64,000 bases of DNA. Source: Guillardia theta CCMP2712 (taxonomy: Eukaryota; Protista; Cryptophyta). The notes under the pieces were generated by a model that was given only the letters and a program-made list of their open reading frames with translations, searched no databases and was not told where the DNA came from. A program made the translations under genes and the position numbers. The DNA is taken from assembly GCF_000315625.1 (NCBI RefSeq), contig NW_005434641.1, forward strand, positions 139,113 to 203,112. The letters run 5' to 3'. Shown here piece after piece: positions 1 to 17,844 of the stretch; positions within the stretch are counted from its first letter, which is position 1; the number at the start of each line of letters is the position of its first letter.

Positions 1-94
1 CGTTATCCCCGAAGACAATCGTTGTCGTTAATCGTCATCGTCATGATGCTCATGATCATAACCATCATCGCGAATATCATGGTCATCATGGTGG

Positions 95-96
<2 letters not shown>

Positions 97-132
<36 letters not shown>

Positions 133-173
133 GGAGGAGGAGGAGGAGGAGGAGGAGGAGGAGGAGGAGGAGG

Positions 174-232
<59 letters not shown>

Positions 233-254
233 CAGCAGCAGCAGCATCAGCAGC
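97..254. repeat. Compound trinucleotide microsatellite (ATC)n(GGA)n(GCA)n
   Basis: Directly visible runs; they produce the spurious poly-I/G/A ORF 22..276. Confidence 0.95.
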
Positions 255-338
255 TCTTCTAATTACGTCATATTGATCCTCCTCCTTCTCCCTCCCCTCC
301 TCATCGCCGTCATAATCACCTCCATTACAACCTTTCCA

Positions 339-1034
339 TCAAGATTTACCTTGCAAGAAGCACCAGAAAGAATCTGAAGATGACCTCTTCACGCAGGGGA
401 GCAAACAGCTAGAGGTGTACCAGAGACAACGAAAGATCAGCAACAAAACAAAACAAGGAGACATGAGTACAATAAGTTCCAGCAGACGGTGCAAGGAGAA
501 GGCAAGCTCCCCCTCGACGAAGTTGTCTACCCCGAACAACTGCCTATGCATCCGTCGCTGCATGTACAGCTGCTGGACGAAGCCCAAGACCATGAGGAAG
601 CAGATCACCATGGTACTGATCGACACGCTCCCGCACTTGGAGAGACATCTGACCACGTGGCTGAAACTGACGCCAAAGAAGCTGCTGTACCGCCATGACA
701 GGTACACAGTCACAGCCGCGACTATGGCGAAGCTCGACGCAATGACGAGCACGTCACGCTGCAACGAGCATGAAAGAGCAATCATGATCCCTTCATGGAG
801 AGGACACGGCGTCTTCCTAGGCATAGCGGCCTTGGACAGGTCTGAGAGAACGGTGTTGAATACAAAAATTACGATCATTGCCTCGCAGTAGCACGAGAGC
901 ATATCCATCAAGGCCAGCCCGACTCCTAGCTTCCCGCCACGAATAACCCTCGTGATCTTCTCCTCGTTGGCAGCATTCCTCGCCTCTAGCAGCACGAGAG
1001 CCAGCGATCCTCGCTCCTCCTCTGCACGTAGCAT
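339..1034 (-). CDS. Hypothetical multi-pass membrane protein (3' end may be spliced)
   Basis: 231-aa ORF with about 4 hydrophobic segments; ends near a GTAAAT donor; no recognised family. Confidence 0.45.
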   Translation of the reverse strand: MLRAEEERGSLALVLLEARNAANEEKITRVIRGGKLGVGLALMDMLSCYCEAMIVIFVFNTVLSDLSKAAMPRKTPCPLHEGIMIALSCSLQRDVLVIASSFAIVAAVTVYLSWRYSSFFGVSFSHVVRCLSKCGSVSISTMVICFLMVLGFVQQLYMQRRMHRQLFGVDNFVEGELAFSLHRLLELIVLMSPCFVLLLIFRCLWYTSSCLLPCVKRSSSDSFWCFLQGKS

Positions 1035-1652
1035 CCTGCCAAGATCCTCCCGCGGTGGAGCTGATCTCTCAGCTGGTACTGGCCATAATGTGAGTATCCC
1101 TTGGCAACCTGCTCATACACCAGCAAGGCATGATGGTGTAGAGATGATCGCTAGCAGGCGCTTCCCCGATGAGAAGTTTTGGTCGAAAGTTTGCAAAGAT
1201 TTCACATGGTAAACTTTACCTGGTCAAAGTTTCAAACGTTTCAAAGTTCTCAACGGCTATCAACAGCGACTAACCACCGCTACCCCCTCGCCACAGGGAA
1301 ACGACGAGGAAATCACTGAGGTGGGTACTCTATGAGGTCGGTTGAGCATTGCGACGAAGTGCAACGGGCCAGAGGAGTGCGACTGAAGGGGGACTGAGGA
1401 GGAGAAAGAACGAGAGAGCAAGAGAGTTGAGAGGAGAAAGATTGGGGTCATCGGAAGAACGGACTGAGAGACCGTACTGCGATGCTTGATGGATACAGAC
1501 AACATACACACTCTTCAAGTGCAGCACATTGGAGTGTACATCTATTGGCAGGTGTGCGAAGTGAGAGTTGAATGTGACCGACCAAGGATCTGTTTGAACT
1601 TGACAAAGCAAAAAAGTGCCTTGATTGACTCCTATAACATACCGTAGACGGC

Positions 1653-2549
1653 ATGTTCCCTGACAGAAGCAAGTCCGCAAGGGTGAACCCACCCAACAGA
1701 AGGCAGGTTCCGAGATGGCTGCCTGCTTCATACACCAGACACGTCTTCTTGAAGAACCATCCAGTCGAGAAAACAGACGCACCTGGTCCTGGAACATATG
1801 ATATCTTGACTGTAAAACGGAGCCCTGCTGATTTCCGGCAACGAAAACCGATCGAGAAGAGTAGGAGCGTCGATGTGCTGAGCAAGCTGCCATTTCGAAG
1901 GACAAAGAAGCTGCACGCAAAGAAAGATAGGAAGAAGCACAACCATGGAGATGCCGTCAAAATGCCAAAGCTCAAGATGGAAGCCATTCGGAAGCTCAGG
2001 ACATGGGATTTCTTTCTTGACGAATGTGCCGACGTGATCAGCATGCTGAACACACTGCGAGAAGAGAATAAGGATGACATCAATTATGTGAAGAGACTTC
2101 AACTGAATGCAGTCGCGAGAGGCTCAACGAGAGCTGCTCAATCTTGGCGGCCAAGATCATATTGCACTTTGAATGATCTCGGGGACATAGATACCGTGAC
2201 GAACCGACAAAAACTCCTTGACTCCCTTGATCAGACCAGCAGATCTGTCGTCAACAATTTGTTTGTGAATGCCGACCCAGCATTCAAGCTGCTAGGTATA
2301 CACGATGACTGCAATGAGCTTCAGTTCGCAGACAGCATGCTCAGCGTGCAGGTCAACTTTGATCCAGCAGAATTGTTGCTACCACAGTCAGTGAGGAGTA
2401 GGACTCAAAATCTAGAGAGCGTGGAGGAGACGGAAGTCCAGCCCGGTCGGAAGTCAACCGGTCGCCCTGTGGCAAAGGATCGTCAGCCGCATGATTATCT
2501 TGAGATGGATGAAATAGTTGAACGGTTTGCAGGCCATAGTATCCGGTGA
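1653..2549 (+). CDS. Hypothetical protein with one PGPGxY (SHIPPO/STPG-like) motif; short upstream exons likely
   Basis: 298-aa ORF containing APGPGTYD, a motif typical of flagellar PG-rich repeat proteins. Confidence 0.5.
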   Translation: MFPDRSKSARVNPPNRRQVPRWLPASYTRHVFLKNHPVEKTDAPGPGTYDILTVKRSPADFRQRKPIEKSRSVDVLSKLPFRRTKKLHAKKDRKKHNHGDAVKMPKLKMEAIRKLRTWDFFLDECADVISMLNTLREENKDDINYVKRLQLNAVARGSTRAAQSWRPRSYCTLNDLGDIDTVTNRQKLLDSLDQTSRSVVNNLFVNADPAFKLLGIHDDCNELQFADSMLSVQVNFDPAELLLPQSVRSRTQNLESVEETEVQPGRKSTGRPVAKDRQPHDYLEMDEIVERFAGHSIR

Positions 2550-2699
2550 CAGAGGAATAGAGGCAAGCGTTTCGACATTGCAAGGGATCTTTGAAATGCT
2601 TTGGTGCTGCTCCGTGAAGGTTGCAGAATGATTCGTTTTCTTTCAAAGTACCATTTAAAGTTATATTGACACACCCACTGATTGTTATACATAGCAACA

Positions 2700-3803
2700 C
2701 TCGATGCAGCTATCCAGGGCTCTGACCCTGAGCCAACCATGTCATGTCGAAGGAATCGGAATCAGAGAGGATGGGTCACCTCCTGGATGAGCTCAATACC
2801 TGCTGCCGGACCCAAACATTCCTCTCTTCATCGTATCTTTCCAGCACAAGAGCCTTGAAGCAGATGCTCACAACCTAGTCAAGCTGACAGCAAGATACCT
2901 TCTTTCCGACAGGAAAATCTTGGCAAGGCGGCTCAAGCTCCTGGAGTTTTCGCTCGCCATCCTCTTGGTGCGGTAGTGTCCATCGTTGTGCAATTCTTCT
3001 CGTCTCTCATGAGAGGAGCAACAACACGTTTACATTCCCTCACCTTCCACAAAAGCTGTTCTTCCCTGTTATCGACTCCAGACCTACCTGTTCTCAAACT
3101 CTCACACAACCCTTGTGACCTTCCAAGTTCGAGAGACTTGTTACCGGCTGCTGTACAGCAGAGGACGACTTCATGGGACTGAAGTAGCCCAGACCTGCAA
3201 TGAACCGAGATTATGACATGGAAGGGAGGTGCTGCACGAGGCACCAGCATAAACTGACGGCTCCATGTTAGAGCAATTATCGCCATCGGGTTCCTGTAGA
3301 TGAAAATGAGATGAAACCAGATAGTCCTCAAAGAAAGGTGTCTACCTCATGGTAGGCGTCTTGAATCAAGAAAAACCCTGAGTCATCCTGTCCGTTCCAG
3401 CTCACGTATGGAGACGATGCTCCTGAAAGCCTGCAAGCACTTCGATCAGCCAGAATGAAATGTGCCGTCGTTGTTGGGTGAGGATACATGACACTTCTCC
3501 ATTCTTCATCTTCCAAGGGTAATCTCCACATTCCTGCACTGCAACCAGTCATTGCAAGGCAGCACAACGAGCTCAAGAATCTCTCATTCGATGTCACAAT
3601 GGCAACGAGGCGATTGAGGAACGACTCAGCGTAATGATACTCGTCGCAATCTTCCTGAGCCTGCGCGTCCACCTTGCTCATCTGAGCCTTCTCCTCTTCC
3701 TCTACCAGAGCCTGCCTGATGGCGACTCAGCACATCACCCTCATCAGCATGAAGCCTATCAGCCTCACTCCCAGCCTCGAAACCCTCGCTCTTCCGTCTC
3801 TCA
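2700..3803 (-). CDS. Hypothetical multi-exon protein (boundaries approximate)
   Basis: ORF pieces 3328..3681 and 2933..3331 with plausible GT-AG junctions. Confidence 0.35.
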
Positions 3804-4992
3804 TGGTTTTGACTTCGGATCCCCCGGACCGTCATCGGAATCGCAAAAAAAAAGTAACTGACCGGACCCGGGGCCGGCGAGGCCCTGGCCGCCCGGCCCG
3901 GGAACTTGGCGTGTAGACTACTCAGTGGTACCGTGTAGTAGTCCTTCCGAAGTTCCAGGAGGAAATCAGTCCTTTACTTTAAATCAGTAATCAGCATCAG
4001 CACGTCCCGCCAAAGGCCTTTCTTCCCATCATCGCCAGCACTGATGGACTCTTGCTGGATGATGCCTTGCGCTTTCGGAAGTTCTGTGGAAGGCTGACCG
4101 CTGGGGGATCGCTCGGCGAACAGGGAAACGGCAGCGCTGGCTGGCCTCTCGGCCTCGTCCTTCGCTGCCATCATCGCGGGTGCATTCCGGTGTGCGTCTC
4201 ATTCCTTCGGCGGCGGCCCCAGCGACATCGCCGCGACATGGCGGGGGGCCCGGAATGGTCCTGCGTGCAGTCAAGTGAAGGTCAGTATCAGTTAAGTCTG
4301 GGGGACAGCAGTTGGCAGGATTGCGTTTGGTTCTCGCTGTCTTCTCTCTTCTCGCCGTTTGGCCTGTGCGGCGACAGTGGTCAAGCCTCCTCGACTCTCC
4401 TCATTGTCCTCGTACTGATCTTAAACTTAACTTTGAGTAAAAAGCATGATACTATTCAATTTCAATCCTGACTTGCGATCTAGTCATGCTGCACCACTAA
4501 GGTCAGCAACCTAACAAGTGTCTTCCTTTGGTCAGGATATCCATGGCGGCCTCTCCTCCTCTACCCCCGGACTCACTGGCATGAGAGCATCGGATACCGT
4601 CATCACATGGGATCATCGTCACCCTCCTGGCGTCAAGCTCGTTTATTACATGCCCGCTACCTCCATCTCTCCCTCCGCATCGCCTGTCTAGGTCTGCACG
4701 CCTGCCCGGGTCCTTGCACGACCAACGCGGTCGGGCGGGTGGAGACGTCGACAAGTGGGAGGCTCGCGGAGGCTCCGCCTGAGGGAGAGGAGGAGGAGGA
4801 CGGGTGGTAGGCGCCCGGCGACGCCCGGGGTCTCCTGCAGGGAGGCAGATGCGAGCTGCTGCAGGGCTGCGGAGACGTCCTCGCGGTGTGTATGGATGGG
4901 GTTAGAGGGGCGGGTGGTAAGTATTGGCTGTGGGGCTTGTGGACGGGTGTTGGGTGGGAGTGGAGCGGAGAAGGCTGCAGGGGAGGAAGACG

Positions 4993-5428
4993 CTAGGGCG
5001 AGGGAAGGGCCCACCTGCTGTCCTGCCAGCAGATGCGCTCTAGCCGGAGGATCGGAGCGTGCAGCCTGCGGACCGCGGAGACCATCTCCTCGTCGCACCT
5101 CAGGAGGCCCTCCTCCTCCAGGTCGAAGAGAAAGTCGATGATCTCCCCCAGGCGGGCGTAGACAGAGTGAGGAGCAGACCAGCTGTGCTTTCGCTCGCTA
5201 TGCACGATGTCGTGCTTGTGTCTCAGCACGAACTTGCGTAGCTCCTGCACCATCGCCAGCAGGGACGGGCGCTGGAGGGACAAGTAATGCTGGAGAGTCG
5301 GCATGTTGTCCGACCTCTGGGGGTGCGGCAGGGATCGCCAGTCCTCGTACGCGTCCATGAGGGTACCCCAAGGAGTATAGAGGGCGTCAAACAGGGAAGG
5401 CATCAGATCGCTGATGTAGGAGGGCATG
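4993..5428 (-). CDS. Hypothetical protein (MPSYISDLMPSLF...)
   Basis: Globular, helical-looking coding segment with GC3-rich codons between low-complexity flanks. Confidence 0.45.
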
Positions 5429-6077
5429 GCGTAGCGGCTCCCCTCCCCTCCCCTTTCCCTTATGAAGCCTTTCCGTCGTCCCCTGGTCGTGTTTGTGGGA
5501 AGCGGGGCGGGGTGGGGATATCCAGAAGGTGGGTGGAGGAAGGTCAGAAAGAGGGTCAAGCCAGGGACCGACACGGGGTGGGAGCTCTAGGGGGTGGGGC
5601 AGGACTTGTGGGGTGGTGGTAGGGAAGGTTTGTGGGATTGAGGGAGCATCCTTGGCGACGAGGAAACGTAGCGAGGAGCGAGGAGCGAGGAGCGAGGAGC
5701 GAGGAGCGAGGAGAGACTAGCAGGGAGAGTACAGCCAGACGACAGCAGCCAGGAGGGGTCAGCAGGAGGATGGGAGCAGGGAGCAGGGATATGGGAGGAG
5801 GGAGCAGGGAGCAGGAAGCAGGGAGGAGGGAGCAGGGAGCAGGGAATAGAAGCAAGGAGGGGGGAGCCAAAAGGGGAGCCAGCAAATGGCAGCAGGGTGA
5901 TGGTAGCAGCAACAAGCCAGCAGCCAGCACGGAGATGGCAGCAGCAACGAGGGAGGACCCTGCAGCAGGCAGAACCCATCAGATACCAGGCAGCCCGCAG
6001 CCAGGAGAGACAGGTCAGCGTGTCCCTGGCCATCTCATCCCATGGCTCTTCCATATCCCAAGACAAGCTGCAGATCT

Positions 6078-7577
<1,500 letters not shown>

Positions 7578-8004
7578 CTATGCGCGGAGACGACACCGGG
7601 ATAGCAAAGCCAAGACGAGGAGAGATAGAGAGGGAGGGATAGAGAGGAGAGATTGCTCTCTCAAGACCTCACGGCGCACAGACATCGCGCAGACCTGTGT
7701 ACGCGCACGGTCATCACGCGACGATATGGCAAGACGATCCTTGAAGCATCTCACTTGAAGCACCCGGATAAACAATAGAGATAGTCTGCTGAGCTGTCGA
7801 TGGGCAATCACGTGCCGTCAGGTCGTCGGGTCTGCAAGCACAGCCATGCTGAGATGAGGCGGTTCTATTCCATCCATCCCAGTCGACACGACAAGGTCTC
7901 GCAGCACGGTTCGCGTACACAGCGCGAGGGCCCGAAAGAGCATCAAGCTCTATATGACACGATCATTGCAGGTGCATGACTGGCTGCGGAGCGTGTCGAG
8001 GACA

Positions 8005-12473
<4,469 letters not shown>

Positions 12474-13616
12474 TCACGACTAGTCCTTGATCGCATTTTT
12501 CGCTTTGACCATTGTTTTGACCACACCATACGAGTCTGAGTTCGGCCGTCCGGCGGGTCCGGGACGTGCCGGGCCTGCCCGGCCCAAAAGATTGTTGAGT
12601 AAATATTTATATATAGTTTTAGCTAGGTCACTTTGTCAGATTCAAGGTACTGTATCGTCTTACTAATTTTTATTTTGAGTGTAAAGTGATACCTGGTACT
12701 GTTTTCCCCTCAAGTACGTCGTACGGGAGTGTCTTTTAAAATATCGTCAACAACTATTTTTGTGGTATTGAGGGCCTTCCATGCCTTGTAGAACCAGCTC
12801 AACTCCAATTATTTGTTTTTAAAAATACTACGACAATCCCCAGTAGTAGAGTGGAAGGATTCCGCTGTTTTACACGGTGGAATCATAGGGGATTTCGAAT
12901 AATGTCAGCTAAAATGCTCTCTAACATTTCAAAATTAATTTGAGAATGGAGGCAAATTATAAACAATTGAGTTCATTTTAACAAATTAACCTTTGCACTC
13001 AAAACCGTCGCCATGCTACCTCCCCAAGTGGCATAGTGTCATCCTCCTCCTCCTCTCCTCTCCTCGCTCTCCCCCACTCTTTGTCCTTCCCTTCCCCTCT
13101 CTCCCGCCGCTCCGCTGTCTTCTACCTTCATCGCCATCCTCTGTTCGTCCCCATCCTGCTCACTTCCCACTCTCCTCCTTCGAATAGCCCGCCCACTGTC
13201 CCCCGCTCGCCAGCCCTTCACCTCCTTTCCCACTTGTGTTCGTCTCCTCTTCCCACTTCACTTCACCCACTCAAGGAGAAGATGATAGTCTCATCAAAAC
13301 ATGGTTCCTCATTGTTTCATGGCAACATCGCTCTGCTATTCTGTTGTTGAATTATGCCTGTCGCTCTTTGTTCTCCCTGGCACCTGCAACTGCATTCTTT
13401 TGGAGTCTTGCCCCTCCTTGCTTATGTTTGCCTCCCGTTATTTTGGCCAAATGGTATCAACCCCTCACAATTCCATACCTCCCAATCCGCAGATCTTTAG
13501 GTTCCTGTTTCGGGATATGTTTCTCACCGCTACTGCCAGTTTGATTTTGAGATAAAACCCATTGACGCTGCCTTGTTGTGCAGGTTTCAATCCATCACTC
13601 ACCTTGGCTTTATGTG

Positions 13617-15476
13617 ATGAGTGACCTACCGCCGTTGGGCAACCCTGTAAGAATGGACTCAGCCCATGTATTGCAGCAGCTCGAGGCTCTGAAAGAACAT
13701 CTGCTGAATCAAAATCCTGATCTGAGGGTTGGTTCCATGAGCGAGATGGACCACAGAGCTGGAGGTGAGGAGGGATCGACTGCCAACAGGGACCAGACGA
13801 CAGGAACAGCGGGGGGGCAGGAGCAGAGCTCCATGATGGTGATAAGTGAAGACAAGCTCAGGCTGCTCATACAGGAATATGTCGAAGCTCGTCTGAAGGA
13901 GAGAGAAGATTGTGATGGCGAGAACTACAAGGCACGAAACAGTGAAATCTCCTCCGGCCATGATTTTGCTGAGATGACCTCCATGTCGACCGAGAGCGCT
14001 GAGTCTCATGCTACTGTGCAAGCTGACAGGGCGCACAGTCCAGACCCAGACCGGAGGCCCCGACTCGGCCCCATCCATGTGCGCGCTCATCGAGAGAAGA
14101 CTATGTTCGACCCCGAGCTCGCCATGAGCCCCAGCCCCGGATACCGTCCGAGCACGTTCCGTGTTCCCACGATGAAGCATGACCACTTCGTGGTTGACAG
14201 CACTAGCTCCAGGCCCTCGAACCCGAACCGAGTGTACCCAGATGCCCTGACCGAGGTAGACCAGAATAAGGTGGAGGAGAGCGGATGCTGTGAGGTCGAA
14301 AACGTGTCGACGCAGGATCTTGACGAGGGTTGCATGTGGGTGACAACCGCACAGAACGCGTACGGCGCGTTCATTCACGTGGGGCTGCAGTCAGGGTTGA
14401 AGTCAGCCTTGTGGAAATGTGGATTTCTCGTCGCAGTCTCTGCACTGATCCAGTCCATCTTCGCTGCCGAGCTCATCGAGAACCACCTGCCCTCCTTTGA
14501 CCTGGAAGGGCACAACATCTGCGAGATCCCAGTGAAGCTGCAGTTTGCTGCGACTATGATCTTCCTGACCCTCATGTTCAACAACATCGCGGGTATGAGC
14601 ATGGCGGCAAGGTTGGTTGAGCCTCTTCCCGTGCGAGAGCTTCCCTGACGATTTTTTTAAGGATTTGCCTCACTTGCACTCATCACAAGCTTGGCGATGG
14701 CGATTTCGTGGGGGAGCTGGTAAAGGAAGTTTCAGACACAGAGGAAGCGCGAAGTTTGAATGTCTCCATGGTCAAGAGAGTCATCATCCTGATCTGCGCT
14801 GTCCTGACCGAGGTCTGCACTTGGTACGGCATCCTCATGGCCGGGGTTCTCTTCATCTTCACCTCCCCTACCGTGGACCTGGTCATCCGCTCCACTGTCG
14901 CCGTCATGTTCGTCCTCAACGTCGACGAGATCGTCTTCGAGTCGGTGAGGCCGAACCGAGTTTGATGTTGGTGGGTGCTGAGATGCTCTTGCAGTGCTGC
15001 CCAGAAAAGATCAAAGAAGATGTTCAGGAGACCAAGTGAGTACATTCTTTCTCATTACTCTGCTCCTCACCCCCGTCCCCACCTTCTTCCTCCTCATCCT
15101 TGTTCCCCTACTTGTTTTTCTCCTCATTCCCCTCATCCCCTTCATAATCTTCCAATGACGTCTCTGGAATCCAAACTCTCCTGTCCCCGTACAATCCTCT
15201 TACAGTGCACCCTTCCTCTTCACCATCATCCCCTGCCTCATGCAACAGGTCGGTGACGTTCCTTTCTTCAGGTATCGCGTTCCCAAGATCAACCTCAGCA
15301 ACAAGACTGAGCAGCTCATGGCCCATCACTTCGGGGTGTACATCTACCTCCCTCTTCTCATATTCATCACAGCTGCAATCATTTTTGGCCTGAGACAGTC
15401 TGTACTGAGCTGTGAATGGCCGCCTCCCATGTGGCAGTCTTGCGAAGTCAAGGGCAACTGCAATGTTACAACGTAG
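13617..15476 (+). CDS. Uncharacterised multi-pass membrane protein, 4 exons
   Basis: Disordered N-terminus, then 5-6 TM segments across ORFs 13578..14648, 14708..14965 and 15240..15476, with motif VIRSTVAVMFVLNVDE; clean GT-AG junctions. Confidence 0.7.
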
Positions 15477-15619
15477 GCAGAGAGTCCTTGTGAAAGAGAA
15501 GCTTGTTGAGGCTCGCCAATTAACACATGATGTGCAATCGATGACTGAAGTGATGTGCAATAGAAGGCAGGGTTTGCAAATCGGTGAAAGATTAATGAAG
15601 GAGTGACTTAAGAAGAGCG

Positions 15620-16388
15620 CTATTGTAGCTCTTTTTCGAAGATTGTTCTCAAGGCCTCTTTGCCATGATCCTCGATCTCTTCGATGATCTGCAGAGGGGT
15701 AAGTCAGTGGAGGAGCAGGATCGAGCTCGACAGCATGAGACCTTGAGTTTGATCTGCACTCGGTCCATTGCATCTTCATCCGGCAAAACTGTCAAGCGAG
15801 CCACCTGAGCACCGTTGTGTCATGGCAGAAGGTAGTTTCGCCGGACGAACCGTCTTTCCGGTGAACGTCGCAATGGTGCCGCATGCATCTCTCTGGATCC
15901 CCTCCTTCTCAGGGATGCTGAACACCTCTCTCAAACGCTTCGCAGCAACAGACGCAGTGAAGTTGAGCGAGTCCCCTTCATCTCTTGCGCCTTCTACCTC
16001 ACTTCCACACCATGTGCACTTGAGTTGAGCGAGCAGAGGAATCTGCGAGAAAAGGCAAGATGCTTCACTTTGATAGAGAGACACAGCAAGGAGGACAAGG
16101 GGCTGCAGAAGAGGATGCAGAAAGCGACGGGCCGAGGAGGAACTTCAGAGGAAAAAGTCTCTCACATGCAAGGTGCTGGTGATTTGAAGCTGATTTCCTG
16201 TTCCAGGACTTGGAAATGATGCCGTCAAATGCAGAGCATAACACTTGGGATAGCTCTGACGTATCTTGATAATACTCTCCTTGCTCTCTCCTGGCATCAA
16301 GTCGAAGGCCGTCGAACTCCATGTACCCACATCTGTGAAGGCGAGCAGAAACTCTCAGAGGAAATAGATTGTAGCGAGAAAGGAGGCA

Positions 16389-16442
<54 letters not shown>

Positions 16443-17014
16443 AGAGGTGAAATCCCGACGAGGACTGGACTTACCTTCTTTCCACTCCAACGCAGTTGCC
16501 TGGTTAGATTACGGTTAGCGGATCCCGAACGAAAGGCACTGGATCGACCTCAGTCTTATTCTCTTCATGTTTATCGTTATCCATGACTTTCCTCCTATCC
16601 AACACGTGAGGAGGAGGTTGAAATCAGCCGATACCAGCACCTCTTGTTAGCTTGGTCGGTCACCAGAGGTCCATACTCATACGAGGAGACAGAGGCGTCT
16701 ATCCTCTCACTCTTACTCTCACTCTCACTCTCACTCTTGTCATGAAGGGTGAGTGAAAATGTGACGTTCTTGATCGGAAACTTGATCTTGTCCTCTGCTA
16801 CTACCCTCACCCTCGTCCCTTCCTCTCCGCATCCGGCACTTTCCAACCTCAAGGCCAGCCCGCTTGTCATGTAGAACTCCATGCACTCGTTCATGCTCTG
16901 CATGATGGAGAGGTTCTGCTTCAGTGTGTCCGTCAACTTCCCATAAGCCTCCCCCATGCTCGCTTGCAACTTTCCCACTGCCATCGAAAGCGCTCCCACC
17001 GCATGCCCCGCCAT
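15620..17014 (-). CDS. Hypothetical multi-exon protein
   Basis: Coding-like pieces 16595..17014, SFPSPGTGNQLQ and 15776..16084 joined by short introns. Confidence 0.5.
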
Positions 17015-17432
17015 TTCGCCCGTCGACTGACCTCGTCCCCACCCTGACCAACATCTTTATCCATGGCAGTTTGTACGTGTACCGCAGGGCGGGGCAGAAG
17101 GATGAAGGGCAGAGAGGGGCAGCAGACAGCGGAGATGAGAGAGAAGATCAGAAGGAGACAGGACTAGAGGTAGAGCTGGAGAGAGCAGAGCAAGAGAGGA
17201 TCGAGCACAAGAGAGCAGGGGAGGAACTGGAAGGAAACAGGAAACCTTGGGCGAAATCAGGCGACCCAGGGGGCAAACTGGGAGGGTAGCGAGACGATGA
17301 CGAATACTCTGAAGGCAAATAGATCGAATCTGTCATGAGGAGGGGGGGGGGGGGGGGGAGGGGAGGAGAGTCGGAGGGTAGGAGGAAGGGAAGGAGGAAA
17401 CGAATTAGGGTAGGGGAGGTACGAGCTAGTAG

Positions 17433-17532
17433 ANNNNNNNNNNNNNNNNNNNNNNNNNNNNNNNNNNNNNNNNNNNNNNNNNNNNNNNNNNNNNNNNNNN
17501 NNNNNNNNNNNNNNNNNNNNNNNNNNNNNNNN
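17433..17532. other. Assembly gap (100 N) flanked by a duplicated G-rich unit
   Basis: GAGGTACGAGCTAGTAGA occurs on both sides of the gap. Confidence 0.95.
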
Positions 17533-17844
17533 NGGAGGGGGGAGGGGAGAGAGTCGAGGGTAGAGGAAGGGAAGAGGAAACAATTTGGGAGGGAGGTACG
17601 AGCTAGTAGATATTAGCTTCTTCAATCGGAACTTGGCCAGCACAGGAAGGGTATTGTGTGGATTTGAGAGATCCTGTTGATCGAGACGAGGCTGGATGTT
17701 ATCCGTTCCAACCGACGGTTCTCATCCTTCTGTCTTGATGCTGCCAACAGGATGGAATGAAGGCAACATGCCGGGCGATCCATCGCGCACGATCTTGAGC
17801 CAGGAAGGGACCTTTGACATGTTATGAGCTCCTAGCGGTCAGGC

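Noticed and set aside
22-276. Poly-I/G/A small protein
   Set aside because: Translation of a microsatellite.
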